64,000 nt of DNA from Myxococcota bacterium (GTDB lineage Bacteria; Myxococcota_A; Polyangia; Polyangiales; Sandaracinaceae), in assembly GCA_036149055.1 (NCBI GenBank), contig JAYZQJ010000079.1, positions 1 through 64,000 of the forward strand, given 5' to 3'. The notes below the pieces were generated by a model. The model was given only the letters and a program-made list of their open reading frames with translations. It was not told the DNA's origin and made no database searches. Numbering within the stretch: position 1 is the stretch's first letter; each line of letters opens with the position of its first letter. A program made the translations under genes and the position numbers. Below, piece by piece: positions 1-7,684 of this stretch.

Positions 1-284
1 CGAGGTGGACTCGTCGGCTGCAATTTATCTCTCGCAAAGACGCAAAGCCGCCAAGGGGTGGGGAGGCGGCGGGATGGAGGCTGGCCGCGCCCTGGCTGGT
101 CGAGGTGGTCTCGTCAGCTGCACTTTATCTCTCGCAGAGTCGCAGAGACGCAGAGGGTTGGGCGGCGGGATGGGGGCTGGCCGCGTCGTGGCTGGTCGAG
201 GTGGACTCGTCGGCTGCAATTTATCTCTCGCAAAGACGCAAAGCCGCCAAGGGGTGGGGAGGCGGCGGGATGGGGGCTGGCCGC
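1..284. repeat. Tandem array of three ~96-100 bp units (1-100, 101-196, 197-~284), probably truncated by the window edge
   Basis: Each unit starts cgaggtgg(a/t)ctcgtc and contains tttatctctcgca and ggcggcgggatgg. Units 1 and 3 are almost identical; unit 2 has a variant core. Confidence 0.92.
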
Positions 285-348
285 CGGCTGACCGCTGGAA
301 GGGGCGGGTGGATGGGCCCGCGCCTCCCCGCTTCGTCGCCCTGGGCTC

Positions 349-386
349 GCCCGTGCCCGTGCCCCTGCCCGTGCCCTTGCCCGCGG
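349..386. repeat. Hexamer short tandem repeat (gcccgt)n-like; G-rich on the minus strand
   Basis: gcccgtgcccgtgcccctgcccgtgcccttgcccgcggg; reverse complement resembles 41248-41281. Confidence 0.8.
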
Positions 387-549
387 GTCTCTACCCATGC
401 TCGGGCCCAGCCCCTTCTGCGCTCCTCGCTTCCTCCCTTCCTCGTTTCCCGCGAGTCGGGAGCGTCCGAGCGGGCCCCTGCTCGTTTCGCGAGTGGCGGC
501 CGCGATCGGGGGCGATCGAGCCGCGCAGCGATCGACGAGCCGGGTGAGA

Positions 550-2265
550 TCAGAGCTGGATCCGGGGGTACTCGGGGAACCACATCATCTCGTCGACTCG
601 CGCCTCGAGCTCGTCTCTCGACGCCTTGGGGGCGACGCCGGCTTCGACCGCGTGCCGCGCGACCGCGAGCGCGACGTCGCGCGAGATGGCGCGCAGGTCG
701 CCGAGCGGGGGGTAGAGCTGGCCGCGTCGGATGGCGGCGTCGTCGACGCGCTCGCCGATCGCGTGGGCCGCCACCGCGAAGAAGCTGTCGAGCACCTTCT
801 CCGCGCGGGAGGCGAGCGCGCCGAGGCCGACGCCCGGGAACACGTAGACGTTGTTCCCCTGGGCGACGTGAATCGTCTTGCCGTCGTGCTCGACCGGGTC
901 GAAGGGGCTGCCGGTGGCGATGAGCGCGCGGCCGTCCGTCCAGCGCACCAGATCCGCCGGGTCCGCCTCGGCCTTCGAGTTGGGGTTGGAGAACGGGAAG
1001 ATGGCCGGCCGCTCGGCGTGCTCGGCCATCGCCCGGACCACCTCCTCGGTGAAGGTGCCGGGGTGACCGGAGGTGCCGATGAGCACGGTGGGCTTCAGCG
1101 CCTTCACCACGTCGAGCAGATCGTTGTCGCCGTCGGGATCGAGCCCGGCCTCGGCCACCAGCCTGGTCGGCCAGGCGAACTCCTGCTTGTAGGCCGCGCG
1201 GTAGTCGCGGCGCGCCGTCAGCAGGCCCTTGCTGTCGAGGAGCGCGATCCGCTCGATCAGCGCGTCGCCCGTGACCCCGAGCTGCTCGAGCTCGGCCCGC
1301 AGGATGCGCGCGATGCCGACGCCCGCCGCGCCCGCGCCCAGCATCACGACGCGCTGCCGCTCCATCGGCGTGCCGGTGACGCGCGAGGCGGCGACGACCC
1401 CCGCGAGCGCGATGCCGGCGGTGCCCTGGATGTCGTCGTTGAAGCTCAGGATGCGGTCCCGGTAGCGGTCGAGGAGGCGGAAGGCGTTGGCCTTCTTGAA
1501 GTCCTCCCACTGGAGCAGCGCGCCCGGGAACACCTCGCCGATCGCCTCGACGAATTCCTCGACGAGCGCGTCGTAGCGATCCCCGCGCAGCCGCGCGCCG
1601 CGCCAGCCGACATAGTACGGATCGCCCCGGAGCTCCTCGTTGTCGGTGCCGACGTCGAGGCTGATGGGCAGCGCCTGCGAGGGGTGGATGCCCGCGCCGA
1701 CGGTGTAGAGGTCGAGCTTGCCGACCGGGATGCCCATGCCGCCGGCGCCCTGATCGCCGAGGCCGAGGATGCGCTCGTTGTCGGTGGCGACGATGAGCCG
1801 CACGCCCTCGTAGGGCGCGTTCCGGAGCACCTCTGCGACCCGGCCCTGGTGGTCGGGCGTGATCCACAGGCCGCGCCCGCGCCGGAAGAGGTGGCTGAAC
1901 TTCTGGCACGCCTCGCCCACCGTCGGCGTGTAGACGATGGGCAGCATCTCCTCGAGGTGCTCGACCAGCACCCGGTAGTAGAGGATGGCGTTGCGCGCCT
2001 CGAGGTCGGCCAGCGCCACGTAGCGCTCGAGCGGTGAGTCGCCCATCTCGCAGACGTGGCCGTAGGCGCGGACCGCCTGGTCGGCGATGACCCGCACCTG
2101 GTTGGGCAGCATGCCGCTGAGCCCCAGCGCGCGGCGCTCCTCTTCGGTGAAGGCGGTGCCCCGGTTGTGCAGGTTGTGCGCGATGAGCCGGTGGCCCCGG
2201 TAGGGCACCCGCACCGCCTCGCGGCCGTCTTCCTCTCGTTCGAGCTCGTAGCGCTCCACGCTCAC
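550..2265 (-). CDS. maeA: NAD-dependent malic enzyme (large SfcA/MaeA type)
   Basis: Motifs NRGTAFT, PIVYTPTVG, TDNERILGLGD, QWEDF, FNDDIQGT, GAGAAG, FSNP, QGNNVYVFPG. Start placed at GTG 2265. Confidence 0.93.
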   Translation of the reverse strand: MSVERYELEREEDGREAVRVPYRGHRLIAHNLHNRGTAFTEEERRALGLSGMLPNQVRVIADQAVRAYGHVCEMGDSPLERYVALADLEARNAILYYRVLVEHLEEMLPIVYTPTVGEACQKFSHLFRRGRGLWITPDHQGRVAEVLRNAPYEGVRLIVATDNERILGLGDQGAGGMGIPVGKLDLYTVGAGIHPSQALPISLDVGTDNEELRGDPYYVGWRGARLRGDRYDALVEEFVEAIGEVFPGALLQWEDFKKANAFRLLDRYRDRILSFNDDIQGTAGIALAGVVAASRVTGTPMERQRVVMLGAGAAGVGIARILRAELEQLGVTGDALIERIALLDSKGLLTARRDYRAAYKQEFAWPTRLVAEAGLDPDGDNDLLDVVKALKPTVLIGTSGHPGTFTEEVVRAMAEHAERPAIFPFSNPNSKAEADPADLVRWTDGRALIATGSPFDPVEHDGKTIHVAQGNNVYVFPGVGLGALASRAEKVLDSFFAVAAHAIGERVDDAAIRRGQLYPPLGDLRAISRDVALAVARHAVEAGVAPKASRDELEARVDEMMWFPEYPRIQL

Positions 2266-2402
2266 CCCCGTCGTCGAATGCGGCAGGGTAGGACAGGCCT
2301 GGCCGCGGCGGAACCCCGGCGACCGACCGGCCACCCCGCTCCAGCGACCGCTCACCCGGCCCCGCCCTGGGCTGCTCTGCGCCGTGGTGCTAAGTCCGGG
2401 CC

Positions 2403-3731
2403 GTGCCGAACGGAAGCTCGACCATCTCCGGCTGGGGCCGCATCCCCGTGCCGGGCCGCGAGGTCCTCTCGGAGGATCTGGAGCGGCTCTCCGAGGGCGC
2501 GGTCCTGAGCCGCGGGCTCGGCCGCTCCTACGGCGACTCCGCGCTGCCGCCTCCGAGCGTGCGCGAGGTCGCCACCACCACGCTCGCCGACCGGCTGCTG
2601 GCCTTCGATCCGGAGACCGGCCTGCTGCGCGCCGAGGCGGGGCTGTCCCTCAAGGAGCTCAACCGCCTCTTCCTGCCGCGCGGCTGGTTCGTGCCGGTCA
2701 CCCCGGGCACCCAGTTCGTCACCCTGGGCGGCATGGTCGCCGCCGACGTGCACGGCAAGGGCCACCACGTGGTCGGCTGCTTCGGCGAGCACGTGACGCG
2801 CATGAAGATGCGGGTGGCCGACGGCCGCGTGCTCTGGTGCTCGGACGAGGAGCACCCCGATCTCTTCCGCGCGACCATCGGCGGCATGGGCCTCACCGGG
2901 CACGTGCTCGAGGTCGAGTTCCGGATGCGCCCGATCCCGTCCCCGTGGATCTGGCAGGAGTCGCGGCGGGTCGACGACATCGACGCCTACGTCGACGCGC
3001 TGAAGGACGCGGCCGAGAAGTGGCCGTACACCGTCGGCTGGATCGACTGCCTCAGCCCCGGCAAGAACATGGGGCGCGGCATCCTCATGGCCGGCGACTG
3101 GGCGGAGCCCTCGGTCGCGCCGAAGCGCTTCCCGCACCCGAAGCCGCGCGTGACGATGCCGGTGGAGCTGCCGAGCTGGGTGCTCGGCCCGCTGAGCGTG
3201 CGCGCCTTCAACACCGCCTTCTACTGGAAGCACCTCCCGCGCGAGATGACCGGGATCGTGCACTGGGAGAGCTTCTTCTACCCGCTCGACATGGTCCGGC
3301 ACTGGAACCGCATGTACGGCAAGCGCGGCTTCACCCAGTACCAGTGCGTGCTCCCCGAGGAGGCCGGCCGCGGCGCGGCGCGCAGGGTGCTCGAGATCTT
3401 GACCAGGCGCGGCGGGGCCTCGTTCCTCTGTGTCATCAAGGACTGCGGGCCGGAGGGGAAGGGGCTGATGAGCTTCCCCAAGAAGGGCATCAGCATCGCC
3501 CTCGACATCGCCGTGCGGGACGACACCCAGGAGCTCGTCGACGCGCTGAACGAGCGCGTCATCGAGGAGGGGGGCCGCATCTACCTCGCCAAGGACACCT
3601 TCACCCGCCCCGAGCACTTCCGCGCCATGGAGCCGCGCCTCGAGCGCTTCCAGGAGGTGCGCCGCAAGTGGGATCCGGAAGGCAAGCTGCGGAGCGCCCA
3701 GTCGGTGCGCCTGCTGGGAGATCGCCCGTGA
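2403..3731 (+). CDS. FAD-binding oxidoreductase, decaprenylphosphoryl-beta-D-ribose oxidase (DprE1)-like
   Basis: RGLGRSYGDS, TPGTQFVTLGGMVAADVHGK, GFTQYQ, GGRIYLAKD. Confidence 0.88.
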   Translation: MPNGSSTISGWGRIPVPGREVLSEDLERLSEGAVLSRGLGRSYGDSALPPPSVREVATTTLADRLLAFDPETGLLRAEAGLSLKELNRLFLPRGWFVPVTPGTQFVTLGGMVAADVHGKGHHVVGCFGEHVTRMKMRVADGRVLWCSDEEHPDLFRATIGGMGLTGHVLEVEFRMRPIPSPWIWQESRRVDDIDAYVDALKDAAEKWPYTVGWIDCLSPGKNMGRGILMAGDWAEPSVAPKRFPHPKPRVTMPVELPSWVLGPLSVRAFNTAFYWKHLPREMTGIVHWESFFYPLDMVRHWNRMYGKRGFTQYQCVLPEEAGRGAARRVLEILTRRGGASFLCVIKDCGPEGKGLMSFPKKGISIALDIAVRDDTQELVDALNERVIEEGGRIYLAKDTFTRPEHFRAMEPRLERFQEVRRKWDPEGKLRSAQSVRLLGDRP

Positions 3732-4465
3732 ACGTCGCCTTCCTCGGAGCCACCAAGGGCATGGGCCGCGCGCTCGCCCGCCGCATGGCGGAGCGCGGAG
3801 ACCGCCTCTTCCTCCTCGGCCGCAAGGACGCCGAGCTCGACAAGACCGCCGCCGACCTCGGGGTGCGAGGTGGGGGCGCGGCCCCGGGCCACGCGCTCTG
3901 CGATCTCGAGCGGCCGGAGACCTTCGGGCCCGCGCTCGACGCGGCGGTGGACGCCCTCGGCGGCCTCGACGCGGTGGTCGTCACCGCGGGCCTCTTCGCG
4001 ACCCAGGACGCGCTCGAGTCCGACCGGGGTCTGACGCGCCGGCTGCTCACGGTGGACTTCGCTCACACGGTGCTCTTCTGCGAGGAGGCCAAGGACCGCC
4101 TCCTCGCGGCCGGCGGCGGCAAGCTCTGCGTGTTCAGCTCGGTCGCGGGCGAGCGCGGCCGCAAGCCGGTGATCCTCTATGGCGCGAGCAAGGCCGGCCT
4201 CTCGGCCTACCTCGAGGGCCTCGACCACAAGCACCGCGCGGACGGGCTCGAGGTCGTCACGGTGAAGCCCGGCTTCGTGAAGACCGGCATGACCGCGGAC
4301 CTCGATCCGCCGCCCTTCGCGGGTGAGCCGGAGGAGGTCGCCGGCCGGGTGCTCGCCGCCCTCGATCGCGGCGCCCCGGTCGTCTACGCGCCGATCGCGT
4401 GGGGCCCGATCATGGCGGTGATCCGCTCGCTGCCGCGCTTCGTGATGCGTCGCGTCGGCTTCTGA
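3728..4465 (+). CDS. Short-chain dehydrogenase/reductase, DprE2-like
   Basis: GATKGMG, SSVAGERGR, YGASK (YxxxK), VKPGFVKT; GTGA overlap with upstream gene. Confidence 0.87.
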   Translation: MNVAFLGATKGMGRALARRMAERGDRLFLLGRKDAELDKTAADLGVRGGGAAPGHALCDLERPETFGPALDAAVDALGGLDAVVVTAGLFATQDALESDRGLTRRLLTVDFAHTVLFCEEAKDRLLAAGGGKLCVFSSVAGERGRKPVILYGASKAGLSAYLEGLDHKHRADGLEVVTVKPGFVKTGMTADLDPPPFAGEPEEVAGRVLAALDRGAPVVYAPIAWGPIMAVIRSLPRFVMRRVGF

Positions 4466-5450
4466 GCGCCGCGTCCAGGAACGCGACCACCGTGCAGGTC
4501 GCCGGGCGCGTCCGGCCGCCCCGCCAGAACAGGCGGAAGCCGTGCGGCGCCTCGTCGACCACCACCAGCTGCGCGTGCACCCCCGCCCCGCGCAGCGCGT
4601 CCCGCATGGCCTCCGACTGCTCGAGCGGCACGACCGTGTCCCGGGTGCCGTGCAGCAGGAGGTGCGGCGGGTCGGTCGGGTCGACGTGCACGATCGGCGA
4701 CGCGCGGGCGGCCCGCTCGGGCACCCGCCCCCGCGGCGCGCCGAGGAACCGGGTCAGGATGCCGTCGGCGGCGCGCGAGTACCGCGCCTCGGGGCGCAGG
4801 TCGGCCGGCGCGTAGTAGGCGACCACCGCCTGCACCCGGGGCGAGGTCTCGACGTCCGGGCAGGCGTGGTCGAGCCCCTCGACCTCGGGCGCCGTCCCGA
4901 GCAGCTCCGCCAGGTGGCCGCCGGCCGAGAAGCCGACCGCGGCGCCGCGCTCCGGGTCGAGGCCCAGGGCTCCGGCCCGCCGCCGGAGGTAGCGGACGGC
5001 GCAGCGGGCGTCGGCGATCTGCACCGGCCAGCGGTTGGGGGCGCCGTCGTCGAGCAGCCGGTAGTCCACGCTCGCGGCCGCGAACCCGAGGGCCGCCAGC
5101 ATCTCCATCTCGCGGCGCAGGTGTCCTCGCTCGCCCGCGCTCCAGCCGCCCCCGTGGATCAGCACCACCCACGGATGCGGCCCGTCGCCTTCGGGCAGGG
5201 CGAGGTCGAGGTGCCGCCCCGGCGCGTAGCGCAGCCCCTCCCGCACCGCGTCGCGAGGCGCCGGCAGCGCGCACTCCCCCACCAGCCCCGGCCAGGCGCG
5301 CTCGGGCTCGGGGGCCTCCGGCGGAGGCGGCGGATCGGCCGCTGCTTCCTCGCGCACCTCGGGCGGCGGCGGCGGCGGGGCCGGGCGCGCGGTCCCCTCG
5401 GCCGGGCCGCACCCCACGCACACGACCAGCATCGCCCACGCCCAGCGCAC
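4410..5450 (-). CDS. Alpha/beta hydrolase (HSL-like esterase/lipase), probable lipoprotein
   Basis: HGGGW oxyanion motif, GFSAGG nucleophile elbow, HGTRDTVVP, PHGF; N-terminal hydrophobic stretch with VGC and Pro-rich linker. Confidence 0.87.
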   Translation of the reverse strand: MRWAWAMLVVCVGCGPAEGTARPAPPPPPPEVREEAAADPPPPPEAPEPERAWPGLVGECALPAPRDAVREGLRYAPGRHLDLALPEGDGPHPWVVLIHGGGWSAGERGHLRREMEMLAALGFAAASVDYRLLDDGAPNRWPVQIADARCAVRYLRRRAGALGLDPERGAAVGFSAGGHLAELLGTAPEVEGLDHACPDVETSPRVQAVVAYYAPADLRPEARYSRAADGILTRFLGAPRGRVPERAARASPIVHVDPTDPPHLLLHGTRDTVVPLEQSEAMRDALRGAGVHAQLVVVDEAPHGFRLFWRGGRTRPATCTVVAFLDAALRSRRDASRSAAASGSPP

Positions 5451-5549
5451 CCTGTCACCGTGACGGGACTGTCCCCGGGCGCAACCCGTGACCCTTCGCA
5501 CGCGCCAATTGTCGCCGTTTCACGCCGGCGCTAGGTTCGCCCGCTGACC

Positions 5550-6914
5550 TTGGACACGGTCGGGGGTAGGATTCCGGTGGAAGGAATCCGCGGGGACGTC
5601 GCGACGTCTCACGGGAGCACCTTGGGGAGCAGTACCGCAGCCGAAGGCCCGCGCATCGGAACGACGATCGCGGGCAAGTACCGACTCCACCGGCTCATCG
5701 GGTCGGGGTCGATCGGTGCCGTGTATGCGGCGGTGCATCAGTTCACCGGCAAGCACGTCGCGCTGAAGCTCATCGACGGCACCCTGCTCGAGCAGCACGA
5801 GGGCTTCGCGGCCCGCTTCCTGCGCGAGGCCCGCGCCGCCGCCGAGATCGGTCACCCCGTGATCTGCGACGTGCTCGACGCGGGGCAGGAGCCCGACGGA
5901 ACCCTCTACCTCGCGCTGGAGCTGCTCGAGGGCCGCACCTTCGAGGACGCCATCGAGGGCGACGACCTGCGCCTCGACGAGATCGTGGACGTCGGAATCG
6001 AGCTGCTCGACGGGCTCGCCGCCGCGCACGACCGCGGCATCGTGCACCGCGACATCAAGCCCGAGAACATCTTCCTCACCTGGAACGAGCAGGGGGAGAT
6101 GCACGTGAAGCTCCTCGACTTCGGCGTCGCCAAGAACACCAAGGCGGGCCCGGAGCTCTTCTCCACGCAGCAGGGCGCCATCCTCGGCACCCCCTGGTAC
6201 ATGGCGCCCGAGCAGGCGGCGGGCGATCCGGTCGACGCGCGCGCCGACATCTGGAGCGTCGGGGCGGTCCTCTTCGACGCGCTGACCGGCAGCCCGCCGC
6301 ACGACGCGCCCAACTACAACCGGCTCATCGGCAAGCTCCTCAACGAGGATCCGCCGAAGCTCCGGAGCGTGCGCCGGGAGCTCCCGGAGTGGCTCTGCAC
6401 CGCGGTCGACGGCGCCCTCCAGCGCGATCCGGACGTGCGGTGGCAGTCCGCCCGCACCATGGCCGAGACCCTGCGGCTCAAGGGCAAGGGCGCGATCGAG
6501 CTCGACTGGGAGCTGCACGAGGACGCCACCATGCGCACCAACTCGCCCTTCGACTCGGGCGAGGACGACTCGCGGCCCGCGCTCGCCATGCTCTCGGCGC
6601 CCGACGAGCCGACGGTCGACGTGTCGGGCATGCGCGAGGACAGCGTCGAGGTCGACCTCGAGCAGCTCGAGCCGGAGACGGCCGACGACGCCTCGCCCTT
6701 CGACGCGGCGGGCGGCGCCACCATCAAGAGCGACGTGCCCCCGCCCCACGTGCTGGACGCGATCGCGCGGGCCAAGCGCAAGCCGCGGAGCCGCCTCTGG
6801 ACCGGGGTTCTCCTCGGCGTGCTCTTCACGCTGCTCGTCGCGGCCGGCGCGGGCTGGTTCCTCTACCAGCGCTACGTGCTGCCGGAGGCGGCGACCACGG
6901 TCGCGCCCGGCTGA
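5550..6914 (+). CDS. Hanks-type Ser/Thr protein kinase with C-terminal TM helix
   Basis: GSGSIGAVY, VALK, HRDIKPEN, DFG, GTPWYMAPE, DIWSVG; start uncertain. Confidence 0.92.
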   Translation: MDTVGGRIPVEGIRGDVATSHGSTLGSSTAAEGPRIGTTIAGKYRLHRLIGSGSIGAVYAAVHQFTGKHVALKLIDGTLLEQHEGFAARFLREARAAAEIGHPVICDVLDAGQEPDGTLYLALELLEGRTFEDAIEGDDLRLDEIVDVGIELLDGLAAAHDRGIVHRDIKPENIFLTWNEQGEMHVKLLDFGVAKNTKAGPELFSTQQGAILGTPWYMAPEQAAGDPVDARADIWSVGAVLFDALTGSPPHDAPNYNRLIGKLLNEDPPKLRSVRRELPEWLCTAVDGALQRDPDVRWQSARTMAETLRLKGKGAIELDWELHEDATMRTNSPFDSGEDDSRPALAMLSAPDEPTVDVSGMREDSVEVDLEQLEPETADDASPFDAAGGATIKSDVPPPHVLDAIARAKRKPRSRLWTGVLLGVLFTLLVAAGAGWFLYQRYVLPEAATTVAPG

Positions 6915-7684
6915 GCGCTCAGCGCCCGTCGCACCGACGCCTCCACGTCGCGCACGTGATCGGGGTCGAGCGCGAAGATGGTCACCTCGAAGCGGTTCGC
7001 GTCGAGCACCGCGATCTCGGGCTCCCGGGCGATGGCCGACCAGTGGCAGGCGAGGGCGCTCTCGCGGATGCGCCGCTTCGTCTCGGCCACCGGGCGCGCG
7101 CCGGGCACCGTCAGCTCGAAGACGTGCAGGGTCCCGCGCTCCGAGACCGGGGTGCGGAGGAGCTCCGCCCGCGCGACCCGGCTGTAGGGGATGATGGCCT
7201 CCTCGCCGCGCGCCGTCTCCACCACGAGCACGCGCTGGCCCATGCGCTCGACCCGCCCCTGCACCTCGCCGATGCGCACGTAGTCGCCCACGCGGCAGAC
7301 GCGGCCGGCCTTGAGGAAGATGCCGCTGACCACGTCGCGCAGCGCGAACCACGAGGCCGCGATGCTCACCCCGAGGATCACCGCGACCGCGATCGGGAAG
7401 TGCGCCGGGTACTTGTCGAAGAAGAACGCCGCCGACAGGAGCAGGTAGAAGATCGCGGCCGCGCCGCTGAGCAGCGGGTGCGCGCGCCGGAGCTGCTCCC
7501 GCCGGGGCGGGGCCAGCGGCACCACGTCGATGGCGAAGCGCGCCGCGCGCAGGAGGCCCCAGACCAGCAGGGCGCCGAGGAGGATCATCGCTAGGTCGCC
7601 GAACGACGTGTAGACGTCGCCCATCACCGAGGCGTCGAGGCCCTTCGGCTCGCTCTCCGCGGCGACCGCGCCCGACACCCTCAC
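6872..7684 (-). CDS. Small MscS-family mechanosensitive channel protein
   Basis: Three hydrophobic segments, then RDVVSGIFL, RVGDYVRIGEVQGRVERMG, IIPYS; GTGA overlap with upstream gene. Confidence 0.8.
   Translation of the reverse strand: MRVSGAVAAESEPKGLDASVMGDVYTSFGDLAMILLGALLVWGLLRAARFAIDVVPLAPPRREQLRRAHPLLSGAAAIFYLLLSAAFFFDKYPAHFPIAVAVILGVSIAASWFALRDVVSGIFLKAGRVCRVGDYVRIGEVQGRVERMGQRVLVVETARGEEAIIPYSRVARAELLRTPVSERGTLHVFELTVPGARPVAETKRRIRESALACHWSAIAREPEIAVLDANRFEVTIFALDPDHVRDVEASVRRALSAQPGATVVAASGST

Noticed and set aside
1..284. CRISPR array
   Set aside because: Units are ~100 bp, the variable cores repeat (A-B-A) instead of being unique spacers, and no cas genes are in the window.
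5..547. ORFs across the initial repeat (180 aa, 77 aa and others)
   Set aside because: Translations merely mirror the DNA repeat, and unit lengths of 100 and 96 bp do not preserve frame.
4410..4465. Convergent 3' overlaps as deliberate antisense regulation (also 18408-18432, 25624-25640)
   Set aside because: Common consequence of scarce stop codons in high-GC DNA.
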